Shown piece by piece: positions 13,501 through 26,319 of a DNA stretch of 64,000 nt. The notes under the pieces were generated by a model. That model had not been told where the DNA came from and did not search any database. It worked only from the letters and a program-made list of their open reading frames with translations. The stretch is from NCBI GenBank assembly GCA_030141605.1, contig JAQGDQ010000108.1:186001-250000 (forward strand), written 5' to 3'. A program made the position numbers and the translations under genes. Source of the DNA: Tubiluchus corallicola. Taxonomy: Eukaryota; Animalia; Priapulida. How positions within the stretch are numbered: the stretch's first letter is position 1; each line of letters starts with the position of its first letter.

Positions 13501-14548
13501 ATAATATCAAAAATAATGTACAACTCGTTATGTCCTCTCTCCATCCCCTTCCTGCATCAGCTGAAACACGTGCTTACGTCAGATCGATGGGAACGATTCA
13601 ATGGTTTCAATCCTGGTCTTCGATCTGTCCGGGTAATTCCTTTCAAGCGCTAACAGTCGACTGATCACAGTGTAACTTATCTGTCGGATTTGATACAACA
13701 GATGTACCGGTTCCCGTCGTCTGGCGATGAATACGAGCGGATAATGGACAGGGCCCATCCACACTACAGGACTTCCGGCGTCTGATATCTCGACTGATTG
13801 AGAAGCCAAGCGACAACGAATGACGCCCACTATTCTTTCCTGGAACGTTGCTAAATAAAAAATGTTAAAAGAGTACTTTGAAAAAGCATAATGACCACGA
13901 AATCGAAATTTGACGTATTTGTACTTGTTTTAGACACGTGGTGCACCCCACAACAGGAGCAAGACCATGAAGTTATACTTGGTTTAGTGAACAGATGAGA
14001 ATCCGATAAATTCTGCAGGAGCTTATCTGCAGCCAAGAAGCCACGCTGACTCAAACTAAGAGTTCACATGATGTAGCAAGCAGAAATAAATGATACAGAA
14101 ATACACTACTGTGCGTCTGTTTTATATAAAATGCATGTGTTTGCTATGTATAAATTTTCTAAGATCTTAGCATTAGCATTAAGAAGCAGGCAATTAATTT
14201 CACCGAGTGTTAAATATAGCTTCATAGGATTTTAACTGCCTTTCGTACCATTGTATTTGGCAATATTATTAAAGCCCATATGGCATCACAAAATTTTTGT
14301 ACTTTTTTCAAAGAAAAAATAATAACCAGAGATACAAAGGGCATTACACTTTTATACAATTCTGCACTCTACAAAGCGGAAATCACATTCAGCACTTAAC
14401 GACAGACAGCTTATCGTGGAAGTTGTGGCAGAACCTAAACTAAGCTAAGTCTATCAAAATACTGGTCAAAAATGAGGCACTGGAATGCATGGTTGAAGTG
14501 TCCCAGCCATGTTCGAATATGCATATCTCCTCCATCAACAAGAATTAT

Positions 14549-14640
14549 AGTTGCAGTATATGAGAATTTTTCCCAGTGGCTATCCGTCCAAGTTCTAACT
14601 AGGCCTGTGTTGCATAAATTCGTGGTCTAACATAAGATGA
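14549..14640 (-). mobile_element. 5S rRNA-derived fragment (5S pseudogene or SINE3-type head)
   Basis: The reverse complement GACCACGAATTTATGCAACACAGGCCTAGTTAGAACTTGGACGGATAGCCACTGGGAA aligns by eye with the invertebrate 5S internal control region (GATCACCGAAGTTAAGCAACGTCGGGCCCGGTTAGTACTTGGATGGGTGACCGCCTGGGAA). It is too diverged to be a functional 5S gene. Confidence 0.6.
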
Positions 14641-16146
14641 TCACTTATTTGTCTATCTGTGCGGATACGTGTAAAAACAAATATTATATGTATCAATGCG
14701 AGGCAGGAATTTGATAACTCTTTTTTCGCAATGATACAGAATCTGGTTTTAGCAGGGAAAAATACCTTGAAGGATTTAAAGGAAAAAACTCAACAAGATG
14801 TTAAGTTAAAAACCTGGTCTGCTGGAGGAAAATGCGGCTATAACGGGACTGAAATAACACCAAGTCTCGTCGTTTTCTTGTATATCGACTTCCTGAAGCG
14901 TTTTCGCGACGGCAATCTACTGAAGCTGATAATTTTCCATTACATCTTGTTGACTGTTTGCACTGGACATGGACCCAGGAATCGAACCACGCAGATAATT
15001 ACAGACACAATTATTTACTGACATCTCATTCGGATAGCTTCGCGTTCCCGTAATGGAGAGCTTCCGTGGACATTTCTGATCCAGGGGTGGGACGTTCCAG
15101 ATGCACTAACTAGCGCATATCAACGTATAGATAAATTCATGCAAGAACAAATTCTAAGCCAAAGTCGTAAAACACAAATAACATCTCTTTAGTCAAACTT
15201 TACGGGCATGTGTTTTTCCTATTGTCCAGAAAGGTAGATTTCCACAAATAGGAATTTCCATTTTCCATTTCTATATCCTGCTTTGTAAACCACAGTATAT
15301 AAATATGATACGTCAAGTGACACAAGTGCTTTAATTATGTGAACTTCTAATTCTCTAATTTTTTAAGACTGTCCCGTGAATGAGATTGCCGAGCCATAAG
15401 ATTCTTGAAACGAGGTGACATCAATTAACTTCAAATGAAGCTCATTTAAAGAAAGTCATCTTAGACGTATTTATTTCTATCCAGGCCCACATTAAGGTCT
15501 TAGGCTTACTGTGCTTTGTCTAAAAGATACCTGGGCTGAGAGTATCATTATTTTATCTGCCGGTATCCAGACGGCGGGCAATATTTTCATTTATAGCTCA
15601 CTTACCCTGAAGCCTAATCACATTTTAACAGCAAGCTATTGCCTCTTCCAGTTTTATTTAATCAACCGGCTTGAGCCAATAGATATAAGCCTAATCAACA
15701 TTTGTCCAAATGTATTTAACAAGTCGCATTACTGTATCAATTTGCAATTGACCGGTGGTCAAATGATGAATGCGGCTGCTGCACATGTCCACTTTGATTA
15801 CCGAGTAAAGAGAAGGGTGTATGATGGTTAAGTAATTTAGTTTCTCTGGTGAGTTGAAGCGTGAAATAATTCGAGGATATGTTATACGTGAATGGATGAG
15901 GACGAGAATGTAATTTGATTCGTCCAGAGTCAGGGGATGCAGGATGAGGGAAAGGACAGCGATTAAACGAGATCTTAGAGATGCGCAAAACAAAAGAAGA
16001 GCGAGAATTCATAATTATTCATCCATTTATTCATTTGATTGTTCATTCGTTAATTTATTCATGAATCCGGACGTTCATTCATCAGTTCTGTGATAGACGC
16101 CCGCATGGAGAAAAAGGAGTGCACAAACAGACAGACTCACGACAAA

Positions 16147-16149
<3 letters not shown>

Positions 16150-16213
<64 letters not shown>
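16150..16213. repeat. (AG)n microsatellite
   Basis: Directly visible. Confidence 0.97.
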
Positions 16214-16216
<3 letters not shown>

Positions 16217-19200
16217 GCAGAGAAAGATAGAAAGAAAAATCGCTAGTGACGGTTTAAATTCAGGTTTAAGTTGCAGTGCATGATACCAGGAATTTGGCCA
16301 AATGGTTAAAATTCTTAGTTGAAAAATAACTTGAACGGATGACGAGCTCAACAACTATATTATTATCATGAATATTTCTAATACTAAACTGGAAAAATAT
16401 GAAGCCGGAATTATTGCTAAGATTAAAACTGATTTTTATGTAGCAACGATATTTGAAACCTGTTGATTTTTATTACTAATTCCAAATTTTTGGGGCAGAG
16501 AAATCGAGTTTTTCTCTATCAGTTTGGAGATCATAATTCTTTTTATTGTATTAACACCGGAAAAGTAGTTAAAAAACTGCCGTATTTATAACACGCACAA
16601 AGATATATTTTTTCAAAATATTAATTTTAAAAACAATTAAAATCAAACGAAAATGCGTCTATTGGTTACTGATTTTATGCCCGAAATGTAGCAAACTATT
16701 TAGCATTTTTTAAATGAAGCCTGCATATATATGCTGCTGATGGACAATTAGTCCGAATGTAATTATTATTACTCTCTTACTAGCTGTCTCACAATTGTGG
16801 CACCCTTGATGAGATTGCTAATTGCGTTAATTTTTATAGCAACTGCTAATTGAGGCTGCATGACGACTCATGTGTAATTAGTCTGACATGTCAAGTCATT
16901 ACACTGGACAGCCGAGAGAGATTTGCCTCATTATACCCAACTAATCGCACTAATTGCTAGCTTTATGGTGCTTTATTTTAATAGTTGTTTTGAAATACTA
17001 CCCGCCTATTATTTCAGCAAAAAGAGTTATTTTGGCAAAAAAGCATCAATTAAATCTGTATAAGGGCTCCTTTAATGACAAAACCTAAATGCATGATGCA
17101 TAATGAATACATATTCTGTTATAGGCCACTATAGGACCTATGGTCCACTGAGCAATAATTTTAGGTGACAATTGGTGTATTCATTTTGCATTATTGATTA
17201 CTTTTTCATTAGCATGTAACTCAGAAAGTTATAAGTAGTGTAGTATGTACTGTTATGTTGTCAAAGGTATGTTTACGTTGTTATATTATTATCAATGATG
17301 TGCCTACAAATTTTCTGTGTTAGTGTACGTTATTAATTTTCGTACCTACACCAGGAAAATTACTTACAAGTTATAAAACCTTCTGATTTAAACCTCTGAA
17401 TCTCCACGCCAGAACGCCTACTATCATTTGATTGTTCCTTGTTATTTTAAGAAGTTAGCCAAGCCCAATTTGATTTCATTTCCTAGAAATTTTTTCCGAC
17501 CAACCTGAAATTCGTAGTGACGTACATCGATGACCGCAAGCGTTAAATACTTCCAACGAGCAATAATCTCTCGGATGTTTATGAAACGTACTATCGATTT
17601 GTTAGGCTAATGTATTCATTCACTCCCAATGGGTTAATAAAGCAATCCCAGTCATTAAAATGCGATATTTGGTGACAAAGTGAGCGTGCAATGATGAACT
17701 GATCCCTGCGGGACTCGGGACTTACCATGTAATAATCACTTGGAAACTGGAAAAAGACAGTAATCTAGGCTAATTTATATTAGTTTTTTAATATATAAAA
17801 CTTTTCATAATTTATATTTAATACTGTCTGATTTTAGCTAACATCTACGATTAAGATGTAGTTGCCGTATTTAAGAAAGTTTTTATAAAAAAATTCATCT
17901 AGATCAGATTCTGAACGAAGTCATGTCAGGATCACAAGTGTGTTATTAAAATATCCTCCATATTGATCGGAAGATATGCTATTTAATTTACAACTGTAAA
18001 ATTATATTTTTACATTCGGGCATTATAATTTTTACTATAACTGGCTTTTTATCATTTACGTACAATAAGGCATTTAATACTACTCCAAGTTTGTCTTTTA
18101 ATCCTATTATTACGCATTTATAAAAGTTACTTTTATTTCAAACTAAAATTATCTGGTAATTTCGAATATTACTAAATTTGTGTGACTACTGTATGGAGGT
18201 CTTTACTATTTAACTGTAAGCAAAATGCAAGCAAATCTGGGGTTGATTTGACTAATTTCCAACCATGTCTTTTAATTCAATTTTTGCACAAAGAGTGACA
18301 CGTATGACGTGTAACATTGGCCCCAAATGACCCCGGTATTTAATCACACATTTCATGTTGCTGACAGTTTATTTAGCAGAGACTATTAACATGAACATCT
18401 CGTCTGATCAATTAGTGCTAATATCCTCCGCAAGTGGTCCACAGTTGAGCAACGGCATGATTAATTCAGAGCCAGGCGATATTCAATATGCAGCCATAGA
18501 TATGTGACAGAAAAGGGAATCTGATAAAGATGTTACTGTTTCATAAAGCGGATAAATTGATTGCAGGAAGGGTCAGTGGTGAGGAGGAACATGGTTAACG
18601 TTTTTGATAGTCACGATTTCTAGGGAAAATCACGAGATCATACCGGCTAATAACCATTTATCACAAAATGTTGAAAATAACTCCTAAAGATTTGTTTAAA
18701 ACAGAAAAGAGCTTTAAAGTAGTGTTTTTATATAGCTCTATAACATGTTTAGTTTATACTATGTTGTTTATAGTTTTCTCATGGGATTTCATTATAACTG
18801 TGACAACTGTTCCGAACAGAGGATGCAAATAATAAATGTCACCATGTTTGCATTGCGGGACAGAATAAGTCCAAGTTACACAGTCTTTGAAAAGGCCTGA
18901 GGTTAATACAGTTGCACATTTGAAATTTGTCACCCACAGTGTGTATTGCTCAGAATTCGTGACACAGAAAACATGACAAATAATTCACTAAGTTCATTAC
19001 AGAAAGTGTGAGAAAAACGTAACAAATTAATTACGCAGTTGTAATCTATGCAGCCAACAGCAAAATGCGAAAATCTAAAACCTCCGAAAGTCTTCTCTCA
19101 TCACATTTTAATAGTTTGATTTCCAAGATACAAATGTTGCTCACATTTCAACGACGACAACAGTACGAAAACTATCATCAATAGCCATACCACCCATTAC

Positions 19201-20076
19201 CTCACACAGACTCAGCCCCACACCCATAAGCTTAGCACCCACCAACAACCTTAGTATTCACAACTTCAACACCCATAATCACAATATTTGCATCTTCAAG
19301 AGGCACAACTTCAGTACCCAAGTTTGCTATTTATTCAAGGTTGCTTGTCTGACATATGTCTTAAAATAGTTTCATTCCTTTAAGCATTATACTTAATAGC
19401 TGTTCATAGCAAAATTGACATTCGGACACGTAGCTTAATAGCAGAAACTAGAATATATATGCTGAACATCTAACATAATCTTAGTGGATTATGTGTACTT
19501 AAAAACCATATCAGATGGAACGATAGAAGAAGTTAAGGTACACGGGCATGTCACACCAAGTTAGTCAATAAAATTCAACAGCTGACATGAGATGTTTACA
19601 TAATTTTTATAAGTTGTGTACGTTGACGCACTAGATTTGTACATGTAAGTAAACCCTGGTAAGGTGTTGAGTCTTAATACGCTGTTTTGCTTCACGTGTT
19701 TATTTACTTAGTTGAGATACCCAACTCCTCGAAACGTAACCATGATGGTATAGTTCGTTACAATGTTCTTCTTGTTATACCTGGTTTCGTTCCACCAAAC
19801 TGGCAAGGCGAACAGCAAGAGCAATAGCAATGATCCCCAAAATGGCAAAAACAAGAGACATCATCCGATTTTAATTTTACGTTATGGTTTATCATACACG
19901 GTGCTCGTATTTGACAATGACAGACATTTTGAAAGGGTTTTGGTGTCTGCCGGACACACTAAATGCTGCCGGAAGCACACCCCTGATAACGCAGCTATGA
20001 TGTACTCCTAGGATATTTATATACAGTACATTTAATTTGATAACTTAATACTCAGTTCTTATATTTATATAATGCT

Positions 20077-20760
20077 GTAGACCAAATTTGGACCCTGGGT
20101 CAAATATATTATTATTTATTAAATTTTACTGACCTCATAAAATTATCAATAAAACAAAATAAAATATACAATCAGATACATACATACAATCGAAACCATA
20201 TCAGATACCAGCTGAAAGTAAGTGTACATAATAGTGTTGGATCCTAGTGTGTATCAATCCTGGACCCCAAACATAACGATGTCAGACAATTTAAATGGTA
20301 CTGACTACTCTCCAAATATCCTAAAGTAGGATTGCCCGAAATTAGGACCTACAATTAATGTAGTGCCTGCCAACTCATTTACTTGTCAATGATATGTAAT
20401 CATATCGAAGGGTGACGTATGTAATAACAGACATGTCAGTTGGTACGTAGTAGCCGCCAGATGCCCTAAATTTAGGACAGTTGCAAAGTAGTCAATACCA
20501 TTTAACCTGTATGTCATTATTATTTTTATGATCCAGAATTGATAGGCATGATCCTGTTTACGTTTGATTTCAGCTGGTATTTCATATGCTCGACCATGGT
20601 CCCAATTTAGTCTCTGTTAGATGCAAATATGAATATCAACCTTCAAGGACGATTACGTGTGATTACATATCATTTACACGTAAATCAGATAGCAACCATT
20701 GGACTACTTGTATTTCCTATTTTCGGGCATTCCTACTTTCGGACATTAGGTAAATAGTCT
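20077..20760. mobile_element. Nested inverted-repeat (foldback/MITE-like) remnant
   Basis: ~20193-20332 is an imperfect inverted copy of ~20463-20590, 20077-20101 pairs with ~20592-20615, and ~20303-20420 is an imperfect inverted copy of ~20632-20760. For example, ATCCTAAAGTAGGATTGCCCGAAATTAGGA matches the reverse complement GTCCGAAAGTAGGAATGCCCGAAAATAGGA. Confidence 0.7.
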
Positions 20761-22807
20761 AATTAGGTAAATGAATAATAGTGCGACTATTATTCATTTT
20801 TTATTCATTTTAAAAGGAATATGTGAGAGGTAGAACGCATATGGGGTGCCTTAGATATACCCTTGGATATATCGTCGGTAGCGTGGCCACAGAAATATGG
20901 GTTAACAAAATGTGCCCTTTCATAAATGCTGCCCGCCTCTGAAATTTGCTGCCGGCGCCCCGGTTCAGAGAGTGTGCTTCCAGCACTGGGTCTGGTTAGT
21001 AAATGGACTGTTTACCAGGAAAAAGTGTCTCTAGACACTTTCTTTTGTCATACTGCCTCCCCAACATTCCTCTCGTTGGGTGAGAATGCATGTACATCCT
21101 AACGAAACGTGTATCTGCCGATTCGGTATCTCATTTTAAAGGATTTTCTTTGAGAACTAGTTGGGCTCCGGTCATGCCACAATTATCAACATAAAAATAA
21201 AACCAGATACGGTCTGCAATAAACCGAATTGTACAAAAACGCATTACGTATAATAGATGAGCGGTCTTTTTATTCTTTGCTGTTTCGTAATTCGAAAAAA
21301 TGAGTTTTTATGTTATTGAGCTGGTTCTGCACTATTGGCGTTTTTACATACATCTTTTACATGTTATAGTTCTTTGAAATGTGTGTCCTCTTCGACGATT
21401 GTTTTTTGTAACTTTGCTTTGAAGGCCGAAATTTTCAACAAATTATGATGCTTTTTATTATATCGTCGAGGATCATTTTTCGAAACCATACTTGCCGTAA
21501 TGGGATGCCCTGATGGGAGGCTGATAACTCAGAATGGCACAAAAACATTACTGGAGGTATTAAACGCTTGGGTGAGAATTTTTCTGTAAATTTCATTTCT
21601 AATTTAAATTTTTACATTACAACAATCAACAGAATTAATGTGTAAAATTAGATGAAAATCGAATGGGATACACTACATATACAAGTTCCTCACCCCCGAT
21701 GGCAATGTATTAGGCTTACTACAGTTATATACACAAAGTGACATCTTTATCAGTATGTGGTTGACAAGACGCATCTTTGAGATTAGAAAAGAATTTGGTT
21801 TGCAAGCGATACATCATTCACGCCAGTGTTTATCTAGTCTCAAACAGTAGCGCTGTGGGATCAGTCTATCTTGTACAAATGGTGTCAGTTTAGTATTTGA
21901 AAAAGAGACTTATAGTTCATGTCATTTAATGATAAATTATATGCAAAGTAAGGCACTTTCTGTCACTTTAGCTGCTGACGGCACACCTAGTACTGATAAG
22001 TGTATTTAAGTATTACGTCCAACAGCTCGAAATGTTGTTGTCTGTGTTTGGCACTCGTACACGGTTTTTTCATGATCAGCTGAGTGGAATGAGAGATCTT
22101 TAATTTTTCAGTTTTCCATTTACTGTTTCACTTTTCCATAATTAAGCATTTCAATTTTACCCCCAAAAATGAAAAGTTTTCTCATTATTTTATCATGCTT
22201 TGCTGACAAGAGCTTCTTACATGTAAAACCTGCACAGCATGCGTCAGAAAATTCACTTTATCTTTTGCTAAACCCTATCTATTTGCATAGAATATAGAAC
22301 ACATTATACGCATACGAAGCTTGGATGTTTGTAGTAAAACATGTGTTGTCTTTATTGTCGCTTGTCACACGGGGTTTCATTAACGCATAATCCAACCACT
22401 GCTTACACAGACAAAACTTAATACGCACCGTCCAATGCGTGATGAGACAAGAACTCCCCTGTTTCCTCATCAGAAGCACATAAGCGCCAGACATTCTGAT
22501 CCTGAAGGTCCTCCGTATTCAAAATACTGACGCCCGGTTAATCCGTCCGAGAAGGCGAGAAGTCGTGTATATGTATAACTTTCTCAAAGGAAACTGGCCA
22601 GTGGCTATAGCTTGAGAGAAGTCGAGCATCTAAAGCTACTGTCTAAACCAAAAGTTTATGTAATGTAAAGTTTGGTTTCTCAGAGGAGAGAGACAACGTC
22701 ACATACGCCATAATAATTTTTGTTTTTTTATTTTCTTGTGTTTTCAGATCTCATTCTCTACCTCTCTCTTTCTCTCTCTCCCCCTCTCTCTCACTCTCCC
22801 TCCCTCC

Positions 22808-22912
<105 letters not shown>

Positions 22913-22957
22913 TTTCTCTGTCTGTCCCTCTCCCTCTGTGTCTCCCTTCTTCTCCTT

Positions 22958-23165
22958 TCTCCATTTTGCTTGCCCCTCATTATTTCTCTCTTTTCCTTTT
23001 TTCTCTATTTTACTCTGCCGCTGATATCTCTTGCTGTCCCACTCACTCGCTTTTTCTCTCTCTCCATTTTGCTTGTTCCCTCATTATTTCTCTCTTATCC
23101 TTTTTCTTTCTAGTTTACTCTGCCCCTGATGTCTCTTGCTGTCCCACTCACTCGCTCTTTCTCTC
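22958..23165. repeat. Tandem duplication, two copies of a ~103 bp pyrimidine-rich unit
   Basis: Units at 22958-23060 and 23061-23165 both run CCATTTTGCTTG...ATTATTTCTCTC...TTTACTCTGCC...TCTCTTGCTGTCCCACTCACTCGCT...CTCTC, with a few substitutions and indels. Confidence 0.9.
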
Positions 23166-23750
23166 AATCTTCTCTTCTCTATTCCGGTTTCTCTCTGTTT
23201 CAGAGTTTCAGAGCTGTATCAGTAACAGCAGGGTTAGTTTATACCATAGACTTTCTTTGCTTACAATGCTTACAACTAACAAACGACATTCGCTGCCCTC
23301 TGGAATCACGCTTCGCGCACAATTGATACTGTTTACTATAAAATCATAGGCGCAGTTGCGCCAAAGAGCTTCAATAATTACTCGCGCACATACTGCGCTT
23401 ACAACAACATGAACGAAAACCGACTTCAAAGCTTTCACTGATTGACCCTTCTTCTGCTGTGTTTAGTCAACTAGTAACATCGGGGTTGAAATGACAGTCT
23501 CTACAATGGCACATTGCTGGTGTGTTTATTATTGTAACCACTACTAAATTAAACGTGCTAAAGTAAACTATGGACGTTCAGAGGGATGAATGACTGGCGC
23601 TGAGAGGTAGCAAATCTGGCAACGTTATCACTGCAATAGATGTCTCGTAATGATCAAAGGCATAATTATATGCACTCAAAAATTTCATTATCTGCACCAG
23701 TTGATCAATAATAATAAACCAGTGACGTTTTAGTTAAGTCTAAAACGTTA

Positions 23751-23876
23751 AAGTAAGCAAGCAAGTATGTAAGTAAGCAAGCAAGCATAAAAGTAAATAA
23801 GTAAGTAAATAAGTAACTAAGAAAGTACCTAAGCAAGCAACCAAATAAGTAGGTAAGTAAGTACATAAGTAAGTAA
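23751..23876. repeat. Degenerate (AAGT/AAGC)n microsatellite
   Basis: Directly visible imperfect tetranucleotide units. Confidence 0.8.
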
Positions 23877-25360
23877 ATTTTTATTTCAGGCTAAAAATGT
23901 ATATAAAAAAAGTGCATACAAATAAAGATTTTATTTAGATTTATTTAGAATTATTTAGAATCTAGAAACCACCCGTTTTAAATTTTACGTTACAATCAAA
24001 ATGTAATCAGTAAAATATTTAAAATAAAATAATTTCAGTCGCTTTCCTGATTTAAAGCAACACTTTTGAACTTGAACAACAATTTTATAAATCATTTAAC
24101 CACTTGAAATTAAAATGCGCTCTTTTTGAAATTGTAAATTTACTATTGAGCGCATTATATTAGGCTGACGGAAATTGTGAAATTACTAGAAGTAGTTCAA
24201 ACGTTCTGATGGATATTTCAACAGTACAGCATGGTTTGTAGTTTCTCGTTTTTAAATATATAATTGATTTGACATTCTTAAGATTATATAAAAAATCACA
24301 GTGTTTACAAACAAAATCAAACTGAATAAACTGCTGAATGATACTGGCTGAATAAGGTTGGGTTCGTAAGGTGGGTCGAATATTAAAAGACACTTCAACC
24401 TTGAATTTCCTGATTTTTGCGATGACGTATGTTACTTTGATACACTCTCTTTAAACAACAAACGGACAACGTTTCTAAATCCGGACGAACGAGGCATACA
24501 AGAAGTCTTACAAGCTTACTAGGTACGATATTAATTCCTAGCACATGGTTGAATGCTTTCATACCACTATAATTTACCCTCTGTAAATCGTGGCGCCATT
24601 AATAAGTATTAGAACAATATTTTTATTAATTCCGGGCGGATGGATACAGTGAAAGTAACGGCTATGTTTAACCCCATCGCCTGTTTATACACTGCGTTGC
24701 TTGATAATAGAGTTGTAGCATTCAAACAACGCGCATGTCTGAGGTATTGATACGTTTCACCTCTCTCTTGTATTCACGTGTTTTCTCTAGCCGAGTTGAA
24801 AAGCAGATCAGAAGTAAATAAGTCTTTTGAAAACCAGTTGAGATTATAAGCTGCTACATTTACTTTTATTCCTGCAAAACGGCTTACTTTTTCACTGGAA
24901 TTCAACATTCGGAGTAAGGTAAACTGTCGAACAACGCAGGGATAGGTGTGCTCCAGATTTTTTGCTGTGTTTTTGCGGAATTTTTCGCATGTTTGGCGCA
25001 CAAATAACATGTGAGCTTAAAGCACCACGAAGAAAAATACGCTCGTGTGATTCTGCAATAGAAGAAATTCGTTGTGAAAAGAGAACTCGTGTCCGCGCGC
25101 TGCTGAGAGGTACTTGTGAAGAGGCGCTTTCATACCGATTTAGCGATAATACGAATTGAATGATCTTCTGACTAATTCAAAGAGAGCCACTGAAGGAGCA
25201 TCAACGAATTAAAACTATTTCACAAAATCTCAATATTACCTGAATAATATTGTGAAGACATAATTTAATAAAGTACAAACAGTTTAGGGCTACTTATAAC
25301 GTTGTACACTTCAAGCAAAAAGAAACAAAATCTTAATGACTATTTTACCCCTACCCTACT

Positions 25361-25620
25361 ATGCAAATACGTATCCGCCCCACTTAGACACACCACCGGA
25401 TTGAAGTGAACCGATCTTCGTATCGAAACAACTACTTTGATCGGCTGATTGACTGCTGCTCGCCGGTTTCCATGGAGACAATCCCTGTAGCGGCCAATCA
25501 GCAAGCGTTTAGCGGAGGCAGATAGCGGAAAGTTGGCTGATTAGTTCATGGATAGTGCTTAAAGATGACACATAGAGGCTCTCCGCCCAGATATATTCAA
25601 TAGTAGAAACATCTCAGTTT
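25361..25620 (+). promoter_or_regulatory. Putative Six3/6 proximal promoter
   Basis: Motifs within ~320 bp of the ATG: octamer ATGCAAAT 25361-25368; GC boxes 25375-25381 and 25583-25588; TCF-type CTTTGAT 25435-25441; RFX X-box GTTTCCATGGAGAC 25466-25479; CCAAT 25494-25498 (GCCAATCAG); Inr-like TCAGTT 25614-25619. The TSS is inferred, not shown. Confidence 0.65.
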
Positions 25621-25675
25621 GCCGTGTGAGAAGACCAGAGTTTAGTAGATGTGAACATCAACAGACGATACACCA

Positions 25676-26319
25676 ATGTGGATGACGGCCCCCACCGGTA
25701 CCCCAGGCATCCCTCTTCCAGGGTTGGCCTCGGTACCGACTCTCATGTTTGCACCGTTGCCGAGTTTGAGTTTTACCCCTCTTCAAGTTGCACGAGTTTG
25801 TGAGACTTTAGAGGAAAGCGGAGACATTGAGCGCCTAGCGCGATTCCTCTGGTCACTTCCGGCTGCACACGGAAGCTGTGAAAGCCTCAACAAAAACGAG
25901 TCAGTCCTTCGGGCAAGATCTTTGGTGGCTTTTCATCATGGCAACTTTCGTGAACTTTACCATATTTTAGAAAACTTTCGCTTCGGCAAAGAGTCGCACG
26001 GGAAACTGCAAGCCATGTGGTTGGAGGCGCATTACCAAGAAGCAGAGAAACTTCGAGGACGGCCCTTAGGGCCCGTGGACAAATATCGAGTACGTAAGAA
26101 GTTTCCTCTGCCCAGAACGATTTGGGATGGCGAGCAGAAAACGCATTGTTTTAAAGAACGGACACGAGGGCTCTTACGTGAATGGTACCTGCAGGATCCC
26201 TACCCAAATCCCACGAAGAAGAGAGAATTGGCCCAAGCGACGGGTCTCACCCCAACACAAGTTGGAAATTGGTTTAAAAACAGACGACAAAGAGACAGGG
26301 CTGCAGCAGCCAAAAACAG
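25676..26319 (+). CDS. Six3/6: Six3/6 (optix) homeobox transcription factor, coding exon 1 (SIX domain + homeodomain)
   Basis: The translation contains the SIX domain ([30 protein letters not shown]...[18 protein letters not shown]) and a K50 homeodomain ([13 protein letters not shown]...[13 protein letters not shown], ~26129-26308). The QKTH tetrapeptide is diagnostic of the Six3/6 subfamily (Six1/2 has ETSY, Six4/5 has ETVY). The exon ends at the donor CAG|GTAATT (GT at 26320-26321), inside the Arg codon of AKNR. Confidence 0.98.
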
